DNA of 64,000 bases from Bdellovibrionota bacterium FG-1. GTDB lineage: Bacteria; Bdellovibrionota; UBA1018. The position numbers were made by a program, and so were the translations under genes. Shown here in pieces: positions 49,680 through 58,506 of the stretch (positions are counted from its first letter, which is position 1; each line of letters starts with the position of its first letter). The notes beneath the pieces are model-generated. The model was not told the DNA's origin. It did not search any database and worked only from the letters and a program-made list of their open reading frames with translations. The stretch covers positions 64,001 through 128,000 of the forward strand of contig JBBCAW010000021.1 of NCBI GenBank assembly GCA_051382295.1, in the 5' to 3' direction.

Positions 49680-52292
49680 TCAGGTATACCGCTGGCTCTG
49701 GTTCAGGAGTGTCGCCGATGCTTGGGCCAAATATGAGGACTCAGCTTGGAGCAGCTTAAAACGCTGACTGAGCTCTCCGCTGCGCTTTAGCCCCACGATT
49801 TGATCGGGGGAGCAAACTGCGCTTCGTTGAACTTCATCATAAGCCTTCATCAGACGATCATCCAAGTCCGCAACGCGGGCAAGGTCACCAGCCGTCATCT
49901 CGGCTCTCATCTGAAGGCGATGATTGCGCTGGCTAGTGAGTGTTTTGCCGACTCCATCCAGGAGTGGCAGGTAGTCCGAAAGGGAATCTGGATCCGTCGG
50001 GTCATCGAGATTGACGTTGTCGAGCATCCTCAGAATGTTGCTGGCCTGTTGGACCGGCTTGAGTAGGTCATGGCAGTAGTTGCGCACTTTTGCGTAGTCG
50101 GTTTTCATCGCAACGGGGGCCTCGTCCGCTACGCTCGTGGCCGGTGTTACCTTCATTTCATCAAAGGGAGGATCCTTATCCCGTATTCCCGTAAGCCACG
50201 TGTAGCGCTCTGGGTTGGCCGGTGCGAGCCCTGTGGCTAGGTAGATCTCCTTGAAGCCCATGGCTGAAATATCACGTGATGCTTCCTCGCCTTGAACGGG
50301 CTTACCGGTTGAGTCGTTGCCGAGGTAGGAGTCGATGTAGACGGGGGTTGACCGGCTCAGCAACTCAGCGGCCCTGAGAAACTCATCCACAGACTTGAAT
50401 GCTAGAAGCGAAAGACCTTTGCGCTTGGCGGCGGCCTTCCATGTGAGGTGTATCAAATCATCATCGTCGATGAGGATGGCATCGGGGGTTGTCGTTTCCG
50501 GTGCTGGGGCGGGAGCGGCCGCCGTGACTGCGATGGGCACAATAGCCGCGTTACCCTTCGGGATGAGCGGTACTCGGAGCTTGTTACAGCGCTCTCGTAT
50601 CGTGGGTTCTTCGTATCGACTGGTCACCAAAATACTCTGGCTAGCAATTCCGAGCTTCTCAATTAGGTCTAAACCTGTTTCGTCAAATCCAAGTAGCTCA
50701 TAGTCACAAAGATACTGAACCAACTTAAGGCCCTTCTGCATCGACTCCGCATGCCACCTGCAAATGTCGGAGGGGGTCGAGAGGTGAATAAGTGTAATGC
50801 CTTGTTCGAGCAACTTCTCGGAGTCTGCCCTTCCCTGCCAAATCCGGTGAATACTGTCGTCGTCGTCGAGAACCACGACGGTTGAGTTGGGCTGTAGCTT
50901 GAGCTCTGCAACGAACCACTCGGGGGGGCTGGTCCGTGGAAGGGTGATGGTCACTGTCGTGCCCTCGCCCACTTGAGAGGTCATCACTAGGCTGCCACCC
51001 CAGGCTTCGCATTGGGTGCGCGCGTGATACAGTCCAAGCCCGTTTCCGTCAGTTTTGCCGTGGGTTTCACCCTGACGCCCAAGCTTCGCCAAAATTTCAG
51101 GCGGGATTCCTTTGCCGGTATCCCTCACCTTGATCACGACTTCGGCATCTCCCCCGTTCAGGGTTACAAAGACCTGGCCAGAGTCAGGGAGTGCTTCTAC
51201 GGCATTATTGATGAGGTTGGACACCATTCGCTTGAACTCACCGGTCTGAATGGAAGCAAATCGGCCATAACTGCGCCGCGTGTCTTCAAACTCGATATTG
51301 ACTCCGAGCTTGGGCCGAAATTGCATGCGCTTCTCACTCACAATGCCGTCCAGGATTGCGGAGAGCAGTTGAATGGTTCTTGGTTCAGCCGTAGTGGTAG
51401 TATTGCCGCTCGCAGATTCTTGGTTAACTTTGATTGCGCGATTCCTTTCGAGCAATGTATTTGCAATGTCCCGGATACGGCCAACGGCGCTGCGGACGAT
51501 CAGGCGGGTTTCTTCAGGAAGCTTTGAGAATTCTTTTTCTGCCATGGTGAGGGCGGAGAGCGGGGATCGGATGTCGTGGGCGACTTGGGAGGCGAGCTGC
51601 GCGATGGCCTCATGAGCGACTTTTTCATTTTTAGTTGTTTGCAGATCAGCGATTGACTTTAAAAGCGCTTCGGCAATGGGGCGGATCTCCACGGGCAAAG
51701 TCATCAGACTTTGAACACTGCCCTCCTGAACGGTCGTCAACACAGCATCAGCTAAGGATCGGCGCACGGATTGTTCCCGGTTGATCAGACTTTTCATCGC
51801 AAGCCAAAGAACTCCACCTGTAAAAGTAAACGAGGTAAGAATAAGGAGGCTGAGCAAAATGGCGGGCTCTAAAGATACACTGGTTACAACGGTGGCCGCG
51901 ATCTCTGAACCATTAGAAACCGGTACTTGCACTCGAATCGACGTTAGTCTGGATAGCCAAGAAGCCACCTTTGTCAGCCCTTCACAAGTTTGATCCCTTT
52001 CCGACTGCCAGCAGATTTGGGTGTTAAAAAATCCTTGGCTCAAATCACGAGCGAGGCCTTCAAGAAACTGTCGATGCTGGCCTGAGACAATGGACTCTTG
52101 GTGCGACTCAACAATTGCTTCAAATGAGGCACGGCGACTCTCTACTAGCTTCATAACCCCAAATAGGGACACAAGCGCCCACATTAAAGTCATGGCGGTC
52201 ACCACCAAATAAAGAGAACGCAGACCGAAGGCTCGAAACTCACTCAAAATATGAGAGTCGTTGGGTGATGAGGGTAGGTCTTTGGCTTCCAT
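49680..52292 (-). CDS. Membrane hybrid histidine kinase with two receiver-like domains
   Basis: 2 TM; QVAHDIRSPL H box, NLINNA, DTGKG, GNGLGL; VVVLDDD and ILIDDD receiver starts. Confidence 0.9.
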   Translation of the reverse strand: MEAKDLPSSPNDSHILSEFRAFGLRSLYLVVTAMTLMWALVSLFGVMKLVESRRASFEAIVESHQESIVSGQHRQFLEGLARDLSQGFFNTQICWQSERDQTCEGLTKVASWLSRLTSIRVQVPVSNGSEIAATVVTSVSLEPAILLSLLILTSFTFTGGVLWLAMKSLINREQSVRRSLADAVLTTVQEGSVQSLMTLPVEIRPIAEALLKSIADLQTTKNEKVAHEAIAQLASQVAHDIRSPLSALTMAEKEFSKLPEETRLIVRSAVGRIRDIANTLLERNRAIKVNQESASGNTTTTAEPRTIQLLSAILDGIVSEKRMQFRPKLGVNIEFEDTRRSYGRFASIQTGEFKRMVSNLINNAVEALPDSGQVFVTLNGGDAEVVIKVRDTGKGIPPEILAKLGRQGETHGKTDGNGLGLYHARTQCEAWGGSLVMTSQVGEGTTVTITLPRTSPPEWFVAELKLQPNSTVVVLDDDDSIHRIWQGRADSEKLLEQGITLIHLSTPSDICRWHAESMQKGLKLVQYLCDYELLGFDETGLDLIEKLGIASQSILVTSRYEEPTIRERCNKLRVPLIPKGNAAIVPIAVTAAAPAPAPETTTPDAILIDDDDLIHLTWKAAAKRKGLSLLAFKSVDEFLRAAELLSRSTPVYIDSYLGNDSTGKPVQGEEASRDISAMGFKEIYLATGLAPANPERYTWLTGIRDKDPPFDEMKVTPATSVADEAPVAMKTDYAKVRNYCHDLLKPVQQASNILRMLDNVNLDDPTDPDSLSDYLPLLDGVGKTLTSQRNHRLQMRAEMTAGDLARVADLDDRLMKAYDEVQRSAVCSPDQIVGLKRSGELSQRFKLLQAESSYLAQASATLLNQSQRYT

Positions 52293-52311
52293 AAAATGAT
52301 TAATGCCACTC

Positions 52312-52340
52312 TTGACGCATTGTGTCAACAGTGGTATGAA
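52312..52340 (+). promoter_or_regulatory. Sigma-70-like promoter of peptide operon with TTGAC-N7-GTCAA palindrome
   Basis: TTGACG-N17-TATGAA with TG extension; palindrome 52312-52328. Confidence 0.55.
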
Positions 52341-52377
52341 GACGCGGTTCGTTCTAAACTAAAAAGAGGGTATTTTT

Positions 52378-52548
52378 ATGATGAAAATTCGATTGCTTCT
52401 CAGTTTGGTCCTCTCTGCTTTTGCTTTGATGATGGTTCAAGGGCTCGCAAAAAGCACAACCATGATCGCTAAGATTTCAGGAAAGAATGCAGTTATGCTT
52501 GCCGGAGAAGGGCATGGCGGCGATACGGGCGGCTGGGGTAAAGGTTGA
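52378..52548 (+). CDS. 56-aa secreted Gly-rich peptide (candidate precursor); absent from ORF track
   Basis: AGAGGG SD; MMKIRLLLSLVLSAFALMMVQGLAKSTTMIAKISGKNAVMLAGEGHGGDTGGWGKG*. Confidence 0.75.
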   Translation: MMKIRLLLSLVLSAFALMMVQGLAKSTTMIAKISGKNAVMLAGEGHGGDTGGWGKG

Positions 52549-52576
52549 TCGAATTTTGGGCACTATTGATAGGAAA

Positions 52577-54127
52577 GTGTATCTTGGCCGTATTCAATTT
52601 TGGGCATGTCTCATCGCCATGTCTCTAGGGGTAGGAGCGCCAGTGATTAGTCAATCAACTGATTTAACAGTTTCTCCTGGGAAAATTAAAACCCTCACTG
52701 GATCGTTAAATGGCGCACCTTTCATTTTGGATCCGGCCAAGATTTTGGATAGTTCCCAGTGGCATACACTGATTAACTTGGGCGTCACATTGGTTCGTCA
52801 CGATGCAAGTGGAAGACTTGTTGGAGAGGCGGCCAAATCTTGGACTGTCTCTTCAGACTTCAAAACCTTTACCTTTGAATTGAGGCGGGACATCAAAGAC
52901 TCCCAAGGGGCCGTTCTTGACTCATCTGACTGGAAGGCTTCATTTACCCACTTATTACGATCGGGCGGAAGCACTCACAGTTTTGTCTCTGAGTTTTTGA
53001 ATGAGGCTGGCATCGAGACTCCCTCGTCCTATAAATTACAACTCCAACTCAAAAAACCTTATCAAACTTTTTTGCAACGCCTCACTACACCCGAGTTTAT
53101 TCTCGTGCCTAAACGTTCAATCACTCCTGCCAACGTTGTGGAGCTATCCGTTTCCAGCGGCGATTACTTCGTAGAGCGGTTAACCGATTCTCCCCGCAAA
53201 TGCGTACTTCGAGCTAACCGATTTAACCACCATTATTGCGCAGAGCAAGCCGAGCAGGTTGTCCTCGAGCCCATCGCGACATCGAATAAAGAGGCGTTTG
53301 ATAAACTTGCTAGTGACACGTGGCAGTTTTATATTGGAACAGTTCTTCCGACGGACCCTACTTTTCAAGAGTTTAAGAAACAATTGGATACGGGCAAGCT
53401 CCATGCGATTCCCGTCGCGCCAAGTTCAATCGCCGTGTTGATTCTTCAGGATTCAAAACGCCTCATCACCAATAGCCAACGTTTAGCCCTGGCCAAACTT
53501 CTGGGGGAAAGGGCGGCAAAAGATTTTTCGTCGCTTTCCGCAAAATTCGCGCATCAATTGTATCCCCATGGATTTGTGGGAGCACTCAGTCCACAGCGTG
53601 AACAAGAGATTTTTGAGCAAATTCAAAAAGACCCTACGTCGAGTAAAGAGCACCTTCCTAAAAAACTCATCGGTTATGAGGCTGCCGTTAGCTCCATCAC
53701 GGGGGTGGCCCATTGGGTAAAGGAGACGTTAAAAAATGCCGGAGTTGAAGTTGAAACTCATCCGGCAACGGCTAAAGAGTATATCGGTCATCAAAAAGAA
53801 ATCGACCATGACTATCTGGCCTTCACCACTGGCCTCAACTCAAAGGATCCTGCAGGAAGCCTTCTCTATCTGATCAGTCCCAAAGACGGGATCGTTCCGG
53901 ACCCGACGGGGGAACTCAATCGCCTGCTATCCGAAGCGGTGCAAGCAGACCCAGCAAAACGCACCGAACTCCTTCATAAAATATCTGAGGAATTGGTCTT
54001 AAGTGGACGAATTATTCCGATCATGCATTACGGCACCCAAATTTTATCCTCGTCATCCGTGGACGCGCGGCCTCCCACTGACTTTGACGACGAGTTGAGG
54101 TTGGCAGACATTCGATGGAAGAAATAA
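52577..54127 (+). CDS. Family 5 (OppA/DppA-like) solute-binding protein, orphan
   Basis: LDPA, AKSWTVSSDFKTFTFELR, DSQG; GTG start at 52577 gives a signal peptide. Confidence 0.85.
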   Translation: MYLGRIQFWACLIAMSLGVGAPVISQSTDLTVSPGKIKTLTGSLNGAPFILDPAKILDSSQWHTLINLGVTLVRHDASGRLVGEAAKSWTVSSDFKTFTFELRRDIKDSQGAVLDSSDWKASFTHLLRSGGSTHSFVSEFLNEAGIETPSSYKLQLQLKKPYQTFLQRLTTPEFILVPKRSITPANVVELSVSSGDYFVERLTDSPRKCVLRANRFNHHYCAEQAEQVVLEPIATSNKEAFDKLASDTWQFYIGTVLPTDPTFQEFKKQLDTGKLHAIPVAPSSIAVLILQDSKRLITNSQRLALAKLLGERAAKDFSSLSAKFAHQLYPHGFVGALSPQREQEIFEQIQKDPTSSKEHLPKKLIGYEAAVSSITGVAHWVKETLKNAGVEVETHPATAKEYIGHQKEIDHDYLAFTTGLNSKDPAGSLLYLISPKDGIVPDPTGELNRLLSEAVQADPAKRTELLHKISEELVLSGRIIPIMHYGTQILSSSSVDARPPTDFDDELRLADIRWKK

Positions 54128-54978
54128 AGTCGCTCGACGTTCCTCGCCTTCTTGGGCGCTCTCAGCAAAGGCTTCAGGTACCCCTACTTCCGCTTTGGAC
54201 CCTTGCCATGGCGAAGGTGCGAGAACACACAAACACGTCAACGGGGACCGGGTTTGATCGCGAACCGAAGGTCGCCGCCGCAAAAGCATACTCAGAGGCC
54301 TTGGAGCGCTATGTTTATGAGTTGTGGCAAACGACCGGCGTGTCCCCATTCTCAGGCATGGATATACCCTGCCCTGATTCTACTACTGGAATGGCGGCTC
54401 ATTTGATTCCGGAGTTGTCCGCAAAATGCTCTTATTGGGAATGGAAAGAGCGGGCGCTCCTTTTGAAGGCCAGTTGTGGCCTTTACAAAATGAATTTAGT
54501 ACAGCCCCCAAAGTTAGGAAAAATTTTCAACTTACTTTGTAAAGGATTGATTGAGTCAATCGAATGCATGGTGGGAACCGATACGGAGCCGCTTGCTTTT
54601 GTGGCGATTACTCTCGCGGCAGGAGGCGTAATTTTTGGATCGGCCGTAAGATCGAGTGCAAATGATGCCGTATTTTCGGCGCTGGTTGAGTGTCTCAGAA
54701 AGACCGCTTTTGTTAAATATTGGCGTTCCGAGAGTTTCGCGTTAGAGGGGCCCCCACGTTTTGTCCAAACCGTGCGCCATTGGCTTTCTGGGCAAGGAGT
54801 GGCCTCGGCTTTTGGATTTCAAGAAAAGGCTCTAGGCGGTCACAATGATGGAATTCCAATTCAATTTCGGCAGGAGTGCTCGTCCATCATTCGAGTCGGA
54901 ATTCACACCGTGAGTTTTTATTCTGATCCGGCCGACGAACTGCCCAAACTAGGGGATCTCTCGGTTCCGTTGCTTTAA
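54115..54978 (+). CDS. Short YcaO-like protein
   Basis: GTG...AAAKAYSEALERY, STTGMAAH, EWKER, FGSA...ALVE; Pro near C-terminus. Confidence 0.7.
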   Translation: MEEIKSLDVPRLLGRSQQRLQVPLLPLWTLAMAKVREHTNTSTGTGFDREPKVAAAKAYSEALERYVYELWQTTGVSPFSGMDIPCPDSTTGMAAHLIPELSAKCSYWEWKERALLLKASCGLYKMNLVQPPKLGKIFNLLCKGLIESIECMVGTDTEPLAFVAITLAAGGVIFGSAVRSSANDAVFSALVECLRKTAFVKYWRSESFALEGPPRFVQTVRHWLSGQGVASAFGFQEKALGGHNDGIPIQFRQECSSIIRVGIHTVSFYSDPADELPKLGDLSVPLL

Positions 54979-55088
54979 TTGAGTGGGGTAAAGTGGTCAC
55001 TTAAGCCCACGCTCAACCCCAGGCAAAATTCTCCACTCTCCAGGCATAAGCTCCTTGAGCGCGAATCACCGCACTCAGAAAGGAACTT

Positions 55089-55259
55089 ATGCCGACTATT
55101 ATTTCAGTGGCCTTTGCTAAAGGTGGGGTGTCCAAAACCACTTTGGCTTGGGCGTTATCTTCAATTCTTGGTCGTGAGCACCCAGTGCTTGCGGTTGATA
55201 TGGACTCGCAGGGAAGCCTGACTGCAAAATCTTTTCCGTCCTCAGTACCCATACGTTAG
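55089..55259 (+). pseudogene. Truncated ParA/Soj ATPase
   Basis: MPTIISVAFAKGGVSKTT...AVDMDSQGSLT then stop at 56 aa. Confidence 0.8.
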
Positions 55260-55360
55260 GTGTACCGACTTGAAAAACTTGCATGATGCCTTCAGGTATA
55301 ATGTAAGCATCACATAATTTAGTTATATAAAAATTTAGGGATTAATCGAGAAAGGCCCAC

Positions 55361-55645
55361 ATGAGAGTCGGTGTATTAGTTATACTTTTCGTGACGTTTA
55401 CCATTTTGCAGAACTACGCTCCTGCCGATCAATTCGATGATTTGGAAACAAAACAGAAGATAGCTGAAAAAGGCGACCCTTTCGCTAATCGATTCGCAAA
55501 ATGCATAGCCCGCACTCAGGATGGCACGGAATTATCTACAAACTGGGAGTTTTCCGGAGGAATTCACAGTTATTTACAAAAGAGACTCGGGATGGTCTTC
55601 TCTGGAGATTACAAGGTGATTATCTTCGACCACATCATGAAGTAA
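55361..55645 (+). CDS. Small exported hypothetical, probably truncated
   Basis: Signal-like N-terminus; 3' end runs antisense into the HD remnant. Confidence 0.35.
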   Translation: MRVGVLVILFVTFTILQNYAPADQFDDLETKQKIAEKGDPFANRFAKCIARTQDGTELSTNWEFSGGIHSYLQKRLGMVFSGDYKVIIFDHIMK

Positions 55646-55954
55646 CGCGCCGATCACTGCATCCGGTGGCCCTCCTAATTCAAAAACAATCGCCGCCACA
55701 GCCATGGGATGCGATAGGTAAGGGACGCTTGTGCCAGTTCGAACTTGGCCGCTATGCTTCTTGGCAGCGTAGGCTAGCGCCTTCCCGATCATCTCAGGGA
55801 ATTCCTTTGGCCATGTAGGGGGGGTAGGAAGGGTAGCCGAATCCTCGGAACGACCGTGCTCGCTCCAAAAGTCAAAGGCCGCCTCATCTTTGGGGGCTAT
55901 TCGCTGACATAGAATAGGCTTTTTGTTTTTCGGAGTGGGTTTTGATTTCGACAC
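55574..55954 (-). pseudogene. Truncated Mesh1/SpoT-type HD hydrolase
   Basis: AAKKHSGQVR...PYLSHP...ALLHDVVED, then similarity ends. Confidence 0.7.
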
Positions 55955-56078
55955 GGGATATTTCCATTTCTGAGGAGAAATAGGTTCCCACCTCTAGGAT
56001 TACAGAAACCGGCGGCTGAACTCAAGTTCATCTCAGCCGTTAGCCACCTCGGCAATCGTTGCGCATTGCGACGATTTT

Positions 56079-56141
56079 CCGTACCTATTACGTACCTAGA
56101 GCAACGTATTTTGAACGTATGTCCGACGTAGGTCGAACGTA
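56079..56141. repeat. Phased arm-type repeats, right end of island
   Basis: CGTA at 56080, 56091, 56105, 56116, 56127, 56138; CCGTACCTA is the reverse complement of 48891-48899. Confidence 0.65.
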
Positions 56142-56249
56142 GCTCCAACTTCAAAAAGTGAAACTCATGGAAATTACCCATGAGATTTATTCTCAATGAA
56201 ATAAAGGGCTTGGTCTTTCAAGTTGTTGGGATTGTACTACTTTAAAAGT

Positions 56250-56334
56250 TGGTGCTCGCGACAAGACTCGAACTTGTACGCCTTACGGCACTGGTTCCTA
56301 AGACCAGCGTGTCTACCAATTCCACCACGCGAGC
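56250..56334 (-). tRNA. tRNA-Leu (TAG)
   Basis: 85-nt cloverleaf with variable arm, CTGGT-CTTAGGA-ACCAG, encoded CCA; upstream TTGCGC-N17-TAGTAA. Confidence 0.97.
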
Positions 56335-56404
56335 ACTGTTTGCTTTACTAAACCATTTCGGTGATTTGCGCAACATTTGCCTTTTCTAATGCCTCCTTTT
56401 TTGG

Positions 56405-57721
56405 TCATTTTTTGACCACTGTAGCTGTACTGTAGCTGAGAGTCCGGCCTAAGCTCGGGTCATTACTGGGATGCTGGCACATTTTTTCCTTCAAGCGCTC
56501 AACATCCACGGACCCTCCGTAGTGTTGCCGATTGACCGCAGGATCATGCCCCAGTACCTGACTCGCCTCTTCCACAGAGAAACCACTCCTCTGTTTTGCG
56601 TGGGCGCTGAACGACCGCCGCAGATCATAAGGGATGAAACGCAGCCGATCAGCCATGACCCCTTCTCTGTCCGCAGTCCACATCCCTGCAGCCTTGAGAA
56701 GTCCCCTCCAGCACTCCCTGATGGAAGTGACCCGTTGCCATGGCACCCCAGTCAACCCGCCCTTTTTCCGGTCTTTGGTCACGAAGACAAAGTTAGCGGG
56801 ATGTGGAGTCGGATCGCCCTTAACAAAACCAACGGACACAACCCGTGGCAGACTATTTAAAATCAGCAGAGCTGTGTCATTGAGATATACTTCGCGGTCC
56901 TTGCCCCACTTCGGCTTCCAGCCAAGTCCGTGCTTGGTGGGACACCTTGGCTTTGACCTGAGTCGAACCCAACGATCAACCACGTCAGTCCACTCCAGGT
57001 GAATCAGCTCCCCAGGCCGCATGCCGGTCGCATACATCAAGAGCACGAATGCCTTGACGTTGAATCCGCTTTTGGCTGTATACGCGGTGGAAACCAGTTT
57101 CTGAATCTCCTCCGATGAAAACACCACGGCCCGCGCCTTTTCCTGCGGCTTCACCTTGATGGGCTCGATCTCATCTGCTGGATTGGAAACCAGCTCCTTT
57201 CGCTTCTTGAACCAGCGAAACACCTTCTTCACCAACTTGAGGTAGTTTTGGGCGGTAACGGCTGAGATCTCCCTCTTAGCAATCCTTTCTTGAAGGTGAT
57301 CCCTGAACGCCAAAACATGGGCCTCCTTGAGTCGCCTAAAGTTGGACTCACCCGCCAACTTTGAAAGCTTCCGGAAACAAGTGCGAATCATGGCATCCTC
57401 TCCATTCTTCGTGTTGCCGGTTTTCTCAAAGCCGGTCTTTTCCAGATACCTATCCACCGCTAAATCAATGGTGAGGTGCCCACCGGGCCCTGCCCGGCGC
57501 TGCATCTTCTCCATCTCAGTGTCCGTAAAAAAACCCCGGATCAGGTCAGCCTCTTTGAGCTTGGCATTTCGCAGTGCCTCCTTCTCTGACTTAGCCACCG
57601 AAGCCTGAATGAGACTACCGTCCGGTAAAGGGTATTTCCAATACCAGCGATCGCAGTCCTTTCTATAATAGACATGAACCTCCGGAATATATTCCATCGG
57701 CACGTCAATTTTATTGAGCAT
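56405..57721 (-). CDS. Tyrosine recombinase/integrase
   Basis: TGMRPGE, K, YDLRR, LGH...HY; N-terminal arm-binding-like and SAM-like domains. Confidence 0.92.
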   Translation of the reverse strand: MLNKIDVPMEYIPEVHVYYRKDCDRWYWKYPLPDGSLIQASVAKSEKEALRNAKLKEADLIRGFFTDTEMEKMQRRAGPGGHLTIDLAVDRYLEKTGFEKTGNTKNGEDAMIRTCFRKLSKLAGESNFRRLKEAHVLAFRDHLQERIAKREISAVTAQNYLKLVKKVFRWFKKRKELVSNPADEIEPIKVKPQEKARAVVFSSEEIQKLVSTAYTAKSGFNVKAFVLLMYATGMRPGELIHLEWTDVVDRWVRLRSKPRCPTKHGLGWKPKWGKDREVYLNDTALLILNSLPRVVSVGFVKGDPTPHPANFVFVTKDRKKGGLTGVPWQRVTSIRECWRGLLKAAGMWTADREGVMADRLRFIPYDLRRSFSAHAKQRSGFSVEEASQVLGHDPAVNRQHYGGSVDVERLKEKMCQHPSNDPSLGRTLSYSTATVVKK

Positions 57722-57733
57722 GATTGATCTCCT

Positions 57734-58060
57734 TTACGAGAGATCTCGGAAGCCTTCGACCCGAGCATTGTCGAGGAAGGTATCGAGATCCTTCTTGAGA
57801 AAAATCAGCCCCTCTTTGCTGAACTTGAGGAACGTCAACTTGCGGGAACGGGTTGCATGGTAATGGATGCTCTCGCGTGAGCATCTGCAGTACGCCGCAG
57901 CCTCATTCTCGTTGAAGACGTGGTGCCTCAAGACCAGCTGTAAAACCATGAATTTGTCAAAGAGCGATAGGAGCTTGGAAAGCGGACCTTCTTCGGGCTC
58001 CTGCATCACGGTGATACCTTGGAATACGGGGTCAATTCGAGTCAAGTCATCATTGCTCAT
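57734..58060 (-). CDS. Excisionase-like HTH protein
   Basis: FNENEAAAYCRCSRESI...FLKKDLDTFL directly upstream of integrase. Confidence 0.7.
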   Translation of the reverse strand: MSNDDLTRIDPVFQGITVMQEPEEGPLSKLLSLFDKFMVLQLVLRHHVFNENEAAAYCRCSRESIHYHATRSRKLTFLKFSKEGLIFLKKDLDTFLDNARVEGFRDLS

Positions 58061-58082
58061 TTAAGTTTCTCTCCGACTTAGG

Positions 58083-58123
58083 CGGCACCCCCCGAGAGTC
58101 ACGAAGACTCCCGGGGGGCTGCC
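58083..58123. terminator. Strong GC hairpin upstream of xis-int
   Basis: GGCACCCCCCGAGAGTC-ACGAA-GACTCCCGGGGGGCTGCC; no clear U tract. Confidence 0.4.
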
Positions 58124-58130
58124 TTGGTAT

Positions 58131-58505
58131 TCACCCAGTTGACTGGAGGTCGTCGATCATTGCGCGGACTTTGACCATGATGCGGGCCTCGAGCTCATTC
58201 GTCGTTTTCATAAGCGTCGAGGCCTCCGCTTGCGTGATCTCGTCCTCTCGCTCCAAGACGGATTTGTAGTAGGCCTCCTGATCCACTTTGAGCTGGCTTA
58301 CAAGGGCTTCAATAGCGGTACGGAGGCCTGAATCACCGTCTAAAGCCTCACACAGCAATGAAATAATCACGCCCGTAGCTTCGCTGTAACCATCACGCCA
58401 AATCTCCACTTCTTCGCTCCGATTGTTTGTTTGCTGATTATTAGCCGCGTGCCATTCTTCGCAGTTTTGCTTCTCCACTTCAGAGTCGATTTTCAGTTCC
58501 TTCAT
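58131..58505 (-). CDS. Hypothetical helical protein
   Basis: ATG immediately after DUF5131 stop (MKELKID). Confidence 0.55.
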   Translation of the reverse strand: MKELKIDSEVEKQNCEEWHAANNQQTNNRSEEVEIWRDGYSEATGVIISLLCEALDGDSGLRTAIEALVSQLKVDQEAYYKSVLEREDEITQAEASTLMKTTNELEARIMVKVRAMIDDLQSTG

Positions 58506-58506
58506 T

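Larger units (their letters stand above)
48656..56304. mobile_element. Genomic island integrated in tRNA-Leu(TAG), no internal integrase
   Basis: Bounded by the tRNA and its duplicated 3' half; inverted phased repeats inside both ends; TA pair and gene remnants. Confidence 0.85.

Noticed and set aside
52487..52576. N-terminal extension of the SBP in the ORF track
   Set aside because: Overlaps the peptide gene; GTG 52577 has an SD-like AGGA and gives a normal signal peptide
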